This document shows positions 1 to 10,948 of a stretch of DNA of 64,000 nt, in pieces. Below the pieces are notes generated by a model. The model worked only from the letters and a program-made list of their open reading frames with translations. It ran no database searches and had not been told where the DNA came from. Both the position numbers and the translations under genes were made by a program. Position 1 is the first letter of the stretch, and each line of letters begins with the position of its first letter. This DNA comes from Toensbergia leucococca (lineage: Eukaryota), in the NCBI GenBank assembly GCA_022813965.1, contig JALDZS010000011.1:62001-126000 (forward strand), written 5' to 3'.

Positions 1-900
1 CCCTCGCGGGCTTTCACAAGCAGGAAGGCGAAGCAGGTACATTTTCAAACATCAATGCCCACGAATGCATTAGTACAAGAAACCTCTTTGAGAAGTCCTC
101 CGGCTGCCACTACAGGCATCAATCATCTGTCTTCTCAAAGCATTGTTGATCTCTGCTCGTCCTTGCGAAATTGTCGAGACACCAGCTTTGGAGTTATTAT
201 CGATGAATTCGACCGCATATTTCAGCTTTCAAAACCCCTCGAGCCCAGCTCAGCAACAATAGCGCCGGATTCGGCAAGACTGGTGCCTTTGCCCAATCTT
301 CTTGATGCATACCACCAGGCTAGTATGGAGATCACCAGACAACATCGATTTGGCATGGCCGTCCACATCGCATCCGCACTGCTTCAAGTCCAGATGACGC
401 CCTGGCTCTCCGATAGATGGTCCAAGCATGAGCTCTACTTTCTCGCGGATACCAACGCCGTCTATAGCGACCGCCCCTACGTCTCTCAAGCGTTTGTCTC
501 CGACCTGACAGGACCACCAGAGCCGGTGACCAACAACCAGTTGGTCACTTCTCCATCTATCTCCGAAGAAGACACACGCAGTTCTCTTTTCACCGTTGGC
601 GTAATAATCCTGGAGCTGATTTTTGGCCACAATATCGAGTCCTGCAGTTTCCGCCACCTCTACTACGGCTCCAATAACCAACCGAACGACCAAACAGACG
701 TAAGCACGGCACGGAAGTGGGCGCAGAAGGTACTGGGGGAGTGTGGAGTGGAAATCGCCGACGTGGTACGGAGGTGTTTAGATTGTTCCTTTGGCCCAAG
801 GCCAAGCTTCAAAGATAAGAGATTTAGGGAGGCGGTTTATGAGGGCGTAATCAGGCCATTGGCGGAGTATTCAAAGACATGGCAGGTGACTATGAAGTAA
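1..900 (+). CDS. 5'-truncated hypothetical protein, DUF7580-like (kinase-fold-like) C-terminal domain
   Basis: Frame is open from base 1 (PSRAFTSRKAKQVHFQ...). Motifs IASALLQV..TPWL..RWSK, LFTVGVIILELIFG and DVVRRCLDCSFG...FREAVYEGVIRPL are typical of this fungal family. Stop TAA at 898-900. Confidence 0.7.
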   Translation, partial: PSRAFTSRKAKQVHFQTSMPTNALVQETSLRSPPAATTGINHLSSQSIVDLCSSLRNCRDTSFGVIIDEFDRIFQLSKPLEPSSATIAPDSARLVPLPNLLDAYHQASMEITRQHRFGMAVHIASALLQVQMTPWLSDRWSKHELYFLADTNAVYSDRPYVSQAFVSDLTGPPEPVTNNQLVTSPSISEEDTRSSLFTVGVIILELIFGHNIESCSFRHLYYGSNNQPNDQTDVSTARKWAQKVLGECGVEIADVVRRCLDCSFGPRPSFKDKRFREAVYEGVIRPLAEYSKTWQVTMK

Positions 901-952
901 CAACTTATAGGATAAGATCTGACCTTACTTCCGATCGTCTCTATTTTCCCAT

Positions 953-1020
953 CAGTTTGGGCACCAATATTTGTCTCAGCCAAAGGGTGCCCGCTGAGAC
1001 AAACATTGGTGCCCATTGTA
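953..1020. mobile_element. Tiny inverted-repeat element (possible deleted Tc1/mariner MITE remnant)
   Basis: tgggcaccaatatttgtctcagc (958-980) is the reverse complement of gctgagacaaacattggtgccca (993-1015), with 1 mismatch in 23 bp. The right end ...cccattg is followed by TA. Confidence 0.5.
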
Positions 1021-1686
1021 ACAAAATATAGAAAATCTGTGATATCACCTCGAGGAACGTTAAGCAGAACACCTTCGGTCATATCCTCGGAGGAATATGA
1101 CTGACTCTTTTGCTCAATGATGATGAAGATGTATATTAAAGGCGATAAAGTCATGAGTTAAGGAGATGAAATTGCAAAAGTGCTAAATAGTCACTGAAGG
1201 TGAAATTAAACATGATTAAGAAGTCACTAACTGATTTAAATGTTCACAGACTGCACTAAGCTTTTAGCTTTTACTCAACATCCGAGGTCATTTTTGAGTT
1301 CAGTCTTGCTAGCTAGCATACAGCATCTAAACACCCTAAGAAGGAGGTGCATACCTAGGCCTCAAACCGTCACTTGAGATAATCCAAAGCTTAAGTGATC
1401 AGATCAAAGATAATAAGACATTTGATGAGTTTAGTCTGCAGTCAGTAAAGAACCAATAAAGGACTGAGCAATGAGTGTGTTAACGGGTCATGTACTGAAT
1501 AAGGGGCACACAAGGTTGGGGTTGTTCACAGATCAAAAGGCCAAAAAGCCCCTATGCAAAGGGAATCTAGCAATACGAAGGAGGGTAGTGACCGCACTCT
1601 CATTAGTATAGGTGGTTATGAATCCATGTTGCCAGCAACGTACCAAAAGCAAAGAAATTGACACAGACCAAGAAAGAAGACAGGGT

Positions 1687-3487
1687 TCAATGACTAGGCC
1701 ACCTTCCTTTGACTGCCTCCACCAGCCCTGCTCTCGCGACCACTTCCTTACTCCTCATCTCCGCCTCCCTAATTACCTCCCTCTCATCCATAGTCATCAG
1801 CTTCCCTCCCCTCACTACAACCTTCCCATCCACAACCACCATATCCACATCCCGCCCCGTAGCCGAGTAAACCACCGCACTCACAGGAGAAAACCATGGC
1901 TGCATCCCTACACCCCTCACATCCACAGCTACAAAGTCAGCCTTCTTCCCAACCTCTAGACTCCCTATCGAATCCTCCATCCCCAGAGCCCTCGCCCCAT
2001 TGATCGTCGCCATCTCCAACACAGTCTCCGCCGGCACAGCCGTGGGATCGTAGGACACGGCTTTGTGGATGATAGCCGCGAGCTTCATCTCCTGCATCAG
2101 ATCATTACTATTGTTACACGGCGCTCCATCAGTCCCCAAGCCAACATTTACGCCCGCTTTTTGCAGATCCGGTACCCGACAGATGCCGGAGGCGAGCTTC
2201 GCATTAGAGGTCGGACAGTGCGCGACGTGGGTGTGAGTTTCGGCTAGCTTGGCAATGTCGGAGTCGTCAAGATGGACCATGTGCACCAGCACGGTCTGGG
2301 GACCCAAGAGTCCCACTTCCTCGCAGTACGACATCGGCGTGTGGGAGAGGGAGGCGTAAAATTCTCGGTCCGCTTTTACCTCGGCGCAGTGCATGGTGAT
2401 GGGGATCTTCTTGGTACGAGAGAGGCCGCTCATTTCCTTGTAGAGCGCTTCGGACACGCTAAGATCCCTTTTTAGTCCAACCAGCATAAGAAGAGGAGAT
2501 CAAAGAGTCACAAGAGAGGCAATTGAAAAACATATCCATACCCTCCCGGTGTCCGTGGGGCAAACCACACCCGGATCCGATCTTCCGCTGCGCCGTTCCA
2601 CTTCTCCCACATTTTCACCGCCCCCAGAAGGGACATTTCGCGCGTCTCAACGAGGCCAGGGTGCAGGCCCCATTTCGGATTACCTGCGTAGCGGGCGATA
2701 TCCATGACTATTTTGCCAAGGCAGCCACGGATACCGCTTTCTTGGACGGCGAGGCAGAGGTTGTCAAAATTGTAGCGGTCTGCGAACTGTAGTCACGTAC
2801 GGTTAAAAATGCATTCTGGTTTCGTGCGTAAATCAAAGAAAAATCTTTCTCAAACAACGAGGGAAAGTTTATTATATTATAATGGAAATGCACACACATA
2901 CTTCGATATCATCTGCGGGAAAAAATGAAAGATCATAGAAAGCCATAGGCATAGTCTGCCTAAGGTACGTACCATGCTTTCAAGAAAACATGTCGTGCCT
3001 GTCTTCAACATCTCCGCAATACTCAGCCGCACCGCCGCTCTGGAATCTTCTTCTGTATAATTCCCCTGCAGCACCCATACGCGCTCGCAGAGCCAGGACA
3101 CGAGCTCCAGATCGTCTGCTGCACCTACAATACACCCACACGCACATAGCACCCAGTCAGTCAGTCAGTCAATCTTGCTCAGCAAAAACAAGCAAAACTG
3201 CGTTCTAATGCATTCATCGTCATCGTCATCACTAGATTGAGATTTAGATTTAGATATAGATCTGTACCTCGAATCAAAGACTGCGCAGTATGCATATGTG
3301 TTGATATCAACCCAGGGATCACAATTCGGCCGGTCAAGTCGGTTTCTTCTTCATCCGGATGGTCTTCTTTCAGAGTTGCTGTCCTGCCAATGGCGGCGAT
3401 GAGGTTCTTTTGTACGAGGATTGCACCGTCATGGATTATGGTCCGGGACAGGTTTACGGTTATAAGGGTTGCGTTAGTGTAAAGCAT
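1687..3487 (-). CDS. Metal-dependent amidohydrolase (MTA/SAH deaminase, atrazine chlorohydrolase-like family), 4 exons
   Basis: Motifs PGLISTHMH (HxH), [32 protein letters not shown] and [10 protein letters not shown]...[15 protein letters not shown] introns at 3267-3125, 2972-2787 and 2541-2459 join the exons in frame. Confidence 0.92.
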
Positions 3488-3908
3488 TTTCTTTGTTGCG
3501 CTTCTTTTGCTCGGGGTTGTGGAGTGAGGTTGACAGAGTTGGGCGACTTTTTCATGAGGTTTCCTCCCTCAACTTAGCGTCGAGTGGCGTCTGCAAGACA
3601 AGCGCAACTCCTTTAGCGTACCTTAGGTGCAACGTGCTCAGGTACCTCATTGAACTTTCACTGCAATCACTTAGCATTTCCTTTGTCACACCATCATACT
3701 CTATCAATCTCATAATTTCTGTAATTGCAAGTTTTTTTGAATATTGAAAATGAGAGATGAAAAGGTGTCCAGCCCATCTATCCGTCCCTTCTCATGAACA
3801 TGATCCCACTTCCTTTAACCCATTAGCCTCTTCCTTCCTCAATAACAAAAGAAGGGGAAAAAACATAAAGGAGAAGGAAGCGCCAACATACAAAGACATA
3901 CTAGATCT

Positions 3909-4112
3909 CTAACAAACCACACAATAAAAAACCTGGCACCCGCATCCGCTCAGACACACCGGGCACTGAGGATTGCATATCTCGACCCCACCATGGATTT
4001 GGCACACGGGCGCGCATGAAGCATCTGGCGAGGGGTCACCGCAAGGAATAGCGGCGGTGAAGGCAACAAGGGTCATCGAGAGGGCGAGGATGACGACGGC
4101 CGGGAAGCGCAT
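3909..4112 (-). CDS. Small secreted cysteine-rich peptide (67 aa, 10 Cys)
   Basis: Signal-peptide-like N-terminus MRFPAVVILALSMTLVAFTAA, then a 46-aa mature part with 10 Cys. A TATATA box lies about 185 bp upstream (~4296-4301). Confidence 0.7.
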   Translation of the reverse strand: MRFPAVVILALSMTLVAFTAAIPCGDPSPDASCAPVCQIHGGVEICNPQCPVCLSGCGCQVFYCVVC

Positions 4113-4620
4113 GGCGAGGGGAATTTCGTTTTGAGGTTACGGAGACGAGCTGTCAAAAGTCGCAAGAGTGGTGAAAGGATTGTTATATGTTTGGATTAGA
4201 CGTGCTGAACGTGTATGGAGGATAGCTTTCTCGGAATCAACGCTCTCTCTTTCTCTCTGTCTCTCTGCCTATTTGGGTGGGATAGCACCCGAGACTATAT
4301 AGGTAAACTTGCCCCTCCCCCGCTGAAGGATCAGCTGCAAAAGATGAGATGATGTTTACGGAAACAAAATGCGATTGAAATGGAGCACTCATGATCGGAT
4401 GTTCGCGGCTGCACCTGTCTCACAGATGCAAACGCATCTGAATTTTTGAAGATGACATGCAACCGTGGTAAAGAGATCAACGGAGATCAATAAGGGATTG
4501 ATGATGGTGGGTACCTGCTCAGATCAACGAAAAGAGGATTAATGATGGACGATGGTGGTGATGGAGGGTGTGAAGGCAAGGCTCTTAATATTCCAGACTA
4601 TGAGTCTTGAGGTGTCAACA

Positions 4621-4674
4621 ACTGAAATCCGGAAATCCTAGGTGAGGGGTCGCCTAAACTTTCCGGATTTCAGT
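4621..4674. repeat. Perfect 15-bp inverted repeat / hairpin
   Basis: actgaaatccggaaa (4621-4635) pairs with tttccggatttcagt (4660-4674). The loop holds a further taggtga/tcgccta stem. Confidence 0.85.
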
Positions 4675-5149
4675 AAATGATGGGGTGAAAATTCAGATTT
4701 TAGAATGAACTCAGGCTATGATTAGGCCTATTTGAGGTGTTTTGACCTCAAAAACGCCCCCCTCAAAGAATCATCAAGAGAATCAGTCAAATATTAGTCC
4801 TATGAATAATCAACTATTTAAGAATCAACTATCAAAACCAAGAATCAGATCGACTATTTAACAATCGATTACCAAAGACTAATAGTCAGCTATTTAGTCA
4901 ATCAATTATTAAGAGCCTTGTGTGAAGGATCTTATCTATGAAGGTGCTAATCAAAACTGAAAAAATGCCATGATCTTAAGGCCTTTTGCGTTCCCATGCT
5001 CTCTTGTACCTCACATGATTTAAGCATTCGTGTTCTTCAGGACAGAAAAACACCTCTTGTCTTTCTATGACTTGATCTCACCTTCTCACAATCCACACGT
5101 ATTGAACACCCAGGTTCAAAACCACAAAGACAAATCCAACGTGTCTTTA

Positions 5150-6487
5150 TTATCTCCACCTGCTGGGGCTCTCATCATCATACGCCGTTTCATTGTATTC
5201 ATCATACTCACGCCTCATACTAGCCGCTGTCCTAAGGGCTGCCCCAGTTCCCTGCTGTCGTCTCCCAAAGAAACGCATCTTCTCTCCATACATGTCGGCC
5301 CACCCTTCAATCCTTCCATCACCCAGAAAGCTGATACCGCCAGTATTGGTGAAACTGAAGCTCATCTCATGTTCACTCATCTCCCGTCCGCGCCAACTCA
5401 ACGTCAGCTCTTCTCCCGAGCCCACAGTTGTAGGGTTTTGATGAATCATCATAATCCCTTCGAACATGCCGAACTCATAGGCACCCCACAATCTGGTTCC
5501 GTCAAGGGTAAGTGTAAGACCGAGTCCGTCATTGCACCATCCCGGCCATTCTTCTTCTACGGTCGGGCAGCTGATCTCGTAGTATCCGTTGACCAAGCCC
5601 AGCGATTTGGGTGTGGTGGTGGTAACTTTGTACTCGGGCATTTCATTTTGGAGTCGACGTGCTGGTCTGGAAGAGCGAATGGGAAAAGGTCGTGATCGTC
5701 TCGCTGTTTGTTTCGTGCTGAAGCGAGATGAAGGTTCTGGTGAGGGCTCGGTTTTCTGCATGCGTCCACCTGTTGGAAATCCAGCGCGGCTTCTTCGGGC
5801 AAACGGCTTGGGCCGTACTTGGACCTGAGGAGGTTCATCCTCGACGATTAAAGGGGGCGTCGACGATACAGAGCCACCCTTTGCCGGATCTGATGAGGGT
5901 CTTACATTCAAGGTTCCACGTGGGCGTCTCGCTGTCTGCTTTGGCCAGATTCGAGTCTGAGACGAACCCGAAAGACCTAGGAAAGCACTGGCGCTAATGG
6001 GCGAGGAGCTAATAGGCGTAGCATTGGCTTTGGCTTTCTTGCCGGGCTTGTCTTGCGCGGAATCATCTATACTGCGCTTCTTTGGAGCCGTTACATGTGA
6101 CTCATGGGCTTCTACTTTTAGCTTCTTCTTGTCGGCCTTGAATTTGCGCTCTGCTTTGAGAAAGTCCTTTCGCAAAGCATCTTCGGCAGCCTTCATTGAA
6201 GTAGGAATAGCTAGCTGATTGCTATTGAGCGCATCCAGCAATCGCATCTTTGCTCACGCTTTGTCCTTTGTCGAAGGTAGCCCGTAATGTATCAATTGTG
6301 CTTCATACCAATGACCTACTCGATCTGCGGGTGTTTCCGCGCTTTGAGATTTCTTGATATCAGGTCACAATGAATTGGTCAACTCAGGGATGGTGACACA
6401 TTTATGTCAATTGAAATTGTCAACTTCCACAAAGAGATCGCCATTATAATGAAGGTTGTCTTTTGACACTGAAGGTGGCAGCGACAT
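5150..6487 (-). pseudogene. Conserved fungal hypothetical gene with three in-frame TGA stops in its 5' part (3' 365 codons intact)
   Basis: ATG at 6487 is in frame with ORF 5150-6247: MSLPPSVSKDNLHYNGDLFVEVDNFN*HKCVTIPELTNSL*PDIKKS...GHWYEAQLIHYGLPSTKDKA*AKMRLLDALN. Stops at 6409-6407, 6367-6365 and 6256-6254. Confidence 0.75.
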
Positions 6488-7063
6488 TGTACCGTCAAGA
6501 ATGAGTGGACATTGAAGGTGGTAATGATGATGATGAATTCCCAAATCGACTGAAGGACGCTATTTAAAATGTCCCTGATGCAAGTCACTGTCAGATGTGA
6601 ATGTAATAGGATTTGCATCCGAAGTGGCATGCATCTGAGGGTGAACACGAGTGGTGTCATCTCAACTTCCCCCTTTCCCCCTCTTTCTCCACGCCATCAT
6701 TCACGTTCACGTCCTCAATGCACAGCATTCTTCGCCCGCTCACCCTAAGATGATCTCAGCTGTGTACCTCTCTCAAAGATCTGATGTGAGCGATTGAGGG
6801 CTCCTGTAGACGGCCACCATGGCGACCACCAATTGCAGATCTTGAATCAACTGCAAAGGTTGCATTGACTCAGGGAAGGGAGAGTTGTGACGATCATCAA
6901 GCTACAACTGGGCCTTATAGGCGGCAAGGCGGGCACGTACAAAACCTACCTGTTCTGTTTATACTCGGTACCTTGGTTCGAATTTGGACGGCCAATATTC
7001 TAGTTCTAATTCTATGCTGGGCTGTCATGCGAGGTTGAACGTCGCCGCTTGCGAATCTCTGCG

Positions 7064-7717
7064 CCTATCTCATCTCTCATTTTTTCATTTTTCATTTGAC
7101 TTCTACTACTCTACTGTTTTTTATTTCACTATGCAGAGTCCTTAAGTGACAGTAGCTTCACTCACTGACCTCTTGCATTTAGTTAAGATCTCAGTCTTGT
7201 TAGACTCAGTATTAGATCAGCTCATGACAAGGATGTTATTATTCTCATCTGAACAGTCAGACTTCTTAACATGATCATCTTCTCAAAGGGTAACATTTCT
7301 TTCAGTTTCTTAGTAACACAACTTCAGAATCAATAATAATCACATCAACTATTCTTAAGACAGTACTAGTATAACCTTGTGTCACTTGTAAGAAGCATGT
7401 TGATTATTATTCTTCTGACTGACAATAATTTGATTTATTGTTTAAATTAAAAAATGTAGAGATTGTATGAATTCAGTCAGTAGCTGTATTGTTAAGATAT
7501 TTGATCAAATAAATAACTTCTCAGCATCAGTCATTATAGATGATGTGAAGATTTGTGCAATCAACTGCTTGCCTCACTTCAAAGTCTGAGTATAACTTTT
7601 TAGCAGAAGAAGAGATGAAGGAATCTGTCAGGCAGACAAAAAGCAAAGAATAAGGCAAAAAGCTTCTCAAATAGTCAGCCCTGTTGAAGAAGTGAAGAAG
7701 CATAATTGTGAAAGGTA
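7064..7717. repeat. AT-rich, CpG-free degenerate sequence (probable mutated transposon relic)
   Basis: I found no CG dinucleotide across ~650 bp. The stretch is rich in TG/CA/TA and has no ORF in the track. Confidence 0.55.
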
Positions 7718-9024
7718 CGAACGGAGCTGTGCTATCTGATCAACCATAACATATTACAAACACAGGGTTATATAAGTCTAAGAGAGCATGGCGCAGCATG
7801 ATCAGATTGAGCCCTCGGCATCATGACAGATGCGATCCTGTTATGGGGTATCAGGATCAACTCTCTCATTCAAGTCAACAGTCAAGACATCTAACCATTT
7901 TCTCCTCATTCTTTCCGTGTGATAAAATGTAAGCAGCTTCATCGTACCGAAAACGTGGCGCAGTTGAGACAATACTTATGCGCACCTTTGAAGATGTGAG
8001 GAATATCACAAGTTATAGCCGCAACACTTGCGGCTAACCACAGCTTGTATAAGTATAATAAAGAGCAACCAGGTAGTCTGAATTTTCATTCATCAATGAT
8101 TTGATAGTATTTGATATTTGTCAGTTGATGGATAACGGGCTGAGAGACCTTTGAGAGCCTTAATTCAAATAGAACCTGTAAGCTCTGAGCCATCTTCTAA
8201 TTTAAATTTATGATACCTGATGACTTGTTGAAACCCATCATGATAAAGTGCTAGTCTGAGGAATCCCATTCCCTCAAATTTCTCATGCTAAAACTCATAG
8301 ATATTGTTTCATTCATCAGATGAGAGATATCATAATGCCGCCTCAAAAATGAGACACAAAACCCTCATTGTAAATATCAGAATTACAAAAAACCTTGTGA
8401 AAAATCAACATTGCTTACATAGAAACAAAGCACTAGCATCGCTGGCAAAGCTCAAGAGCTTCCAATCAAGTATCAGTTGAAGAGGGAATAGCAAAATTCA
8501 AAAAATCATATGTCAAAGTGACAATCTTCACTTCAAAAGATACCATAAACGCTAAAAGGCTGTTACTTCGCTGTGTGGTTTCTATTGGCCCCAGCATAGT
8601 TCCATGTAATATAGTGTCTTTGACTTGTCGGACCTCTTGCATTGGAGATTGACTTGATCATGCTATAAGAAGCCCTGACCTCAACGGTGCCGAATTGTAA
8701 TCTGTTGTCAAGAAACTGAGAACGAGGCCAAAGTACAAAACTTACCATGGGCGGATGTTGAACCATAGAAGACGAAAGATTTAGTCAGAGATCCTGATGC
8801 CCGTATGAAACAGTTTATAGCGTTTTGATAGTGACCCTGAATGTGCAGTGTTTGCATCTTAGTAGAAGAGGGTTGGTTACCTGGCCGGTTCGAGATTTGA
8901 TATTATCGTACTGGCGGCGACGACGGGCGATTATCAGCATTGATCGAAGCCTTGACTTTGATCACCCGACTGTTTCCATTCTTTAAATATGGTGAGTAAA
9001 AATCCGTCTCACTATCCCGAGTCT

Positions 9025-9591
9025 CTACGTAGCCTTCATCCAAACTTCTACCGGTTGACCCAATTTATCAAAGCCGAATTGCCGTAGAATGAAAAACAAG
9101 CCGGTATATCCATTAGCGACAAAAGTTTCACCATCTTGCCATATGTAGTTGAGCGGGTCAGCCCCAAGGGCACCATAGACCTCAATATATGCTGCGCCGC
9201 GGCCTAGGTCAGTCAATGAAGGAAGATCAATCCATGTCTTCCTCAAGATATACACACTGTCTTTGAAAATACCAACCTCGTTGTTCAACAATCCTACCCA
9301 ATGCACTGAGTACGTGCCAGTTGGAAGAAAGAATATCCCCGTAGCCAGATTCTCGACCAAGCGGGCAGTCGCGCTAGGATAGTAGCACACGCCATTGCCA
9401 CGTCTGACGTTCGTCCTCGAATAAGTGAGATGATTGAGTCGGCGAATCTTGCCTATGGGGAACTTGAAAGCTATCACGCAATGTTGAGGAGTCTGACCTG
9501 TGGTGCAGGTTCCACCAACGCATAATGTTGAGGTCAAGGCGAAGAGATAGGATGCTAGTATCAGGAGGATGAGAGTGAGAGGTTGATGCAT
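9025..9591 (-). CDS. Intronless secreted protein of unknown function (188 aa)
   Basis: Signal-peptide-like MHQPLTLILLILASYLFALTST, 4 Cys in the N-terminal part and a beta-strand-like aromatic pattern. No family recognised. Confidence 0.6.
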   Translation of the reverse strand: MHQPLTLILLILASYLFALTSTLCVGGTCTTGQTPQHCVIAFKFPIGKIRRLNHLTYSRTNVRRGNGVCYYPSATARLVENLATGIFFLPTGTYSVHWVGLLNNEVGIFKDSVYILRKTWIDLPSLTDLGRGAAYIEVYGALGADPLNYIWQDGETFVANGYTGLFFILRQFGFDKLGQPVEVWMKAT

Positions 9592-10948
9592 TGATAGGTT
9601 TAGATTAAGAATTGTTCAATTCAATTCCATCCTGGGATGGAGAAAGCAAGAGATTCACACAGAGGTGGCTGCAGCTGTAAGATATACTGCCTTAATTTGG
9701 ACTGTTCATATTCGAAACCGGTTTCAGATGTAGCCTTATTGTGTGATTGACATAATTCCTAGTCAGCCTGCTGAACCAATAGTAGGTCCCATGGGTAGCC
9801 AAGCAAAGCCTGCGAGCCTACTGGAGTAGGTTTAGTGAGTCCAGCGGTCAAGGGTTATTGGCGATGATTGAAGCGACAAACATGCCTTTTATCCAAATCC
9901 GCATCCTCGGGATGCCTTTCATACCGTTCAAATGACGGGAAATCTGCCGCAGTCTAATCCACCATCCCATGTCATCCGTTTCAACACACAGACCAAGTGA
10001 GCCCGGCAAGGATTTAAACCTTCCAGCCAGATTTAGTAGTGAAAAGTGTATAGTAGGTGATATAGTGATCTTCGCCTGCATCTTCCACCCAAGCAGGGAG
10101 AAGCTTGCATCAAGATACCTATGCTACAATTCTGATACTTGACCTCGCTGCGCAAACGCAAACATTGTATGCGAGTCTGGAACTGATTTACCGTTTCAAA
10201 TACTTCAGTAACAAGGACCTGTTTCTATGCATTCACCTCCTCTGATTGTCGAGGACGCGTAGTAAGAACAGTATTTTCCAGGTCACAATTCCTAGAAAGC
10301 CCTGCTGGTAAGCCTACTAGCATTTGTCTTTGCATACGTTTCTGTTGTTCAACGTGATAACTCATCTGGCTAACTTTGCCTTGTGAGCGCTGATCCTAGA
10401 ATGTTGAGGAGCATCATCCGCCATTGCATCTTCAAGTCTCGTCGTCGTGACGACATCAAGCTAATTGATGCGCGAAACAGGCATAGAAATATGTCAAAAG
10501 GGCCAAAGCACCCAGATAATCGATAATGGAGGCGCACAGCCTTCTAGACAAAAATGTAGCCGGCGTTATATTGAGATCAGGTGTTTGACATTGAGCGACC
10601 CAAACCTTGTCCACAAATCAGCCAGAGAGTCAGTCACACTTCTATTTTGCTCAACGAATAACAAAGGAAATAACTGAGACTTTTGGATCGCTAAAGGGGC
10701 CACGTGTTGGTTTGTGTTGATGCGGCTGCGCAGAACAGTATTTGAGAAGTAGTCTGTGCAGTGTCGCAGAATTCTGGAGGACCAGACGATTACTTTGATT
10801 GTGCGGTGTTATCATCGAAACCAATCGGAACAATCAGGGTTGACTTCAGCTTGAAGACGAAAATTTAACCCCTGATTTCATGTATCCAATAGACGTTAAG
10901 CCTGATGTCGACTATCGCATAAGTAGTACGAAGTTTGATGGGGCAAGT

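Noticed and set aside
3154..3260. (CAGT)n, (CATCGT)n and (GATTTA)n short repeats
   Set aside because: Ordinary intronic microsatellites; no spacer structure, so not CRISPR-like.
5030..5695. 221-aa plus-strand ORF and similar long antisense ORFs (e.g. 250-693, 29534-30097, 60167-60823)
   Set aside because: These are shadow frames opposite well-supported genes.
6248..6487. TGA reassigned to Arg (alternative genetic code)
   Set aside because: Other genes in the window end at TGA (amidohydrolase, lysozyme-like, HET) and use CGA normally. The stops cluster near a CpG-depleted island, so mutation is the simpler explanation.
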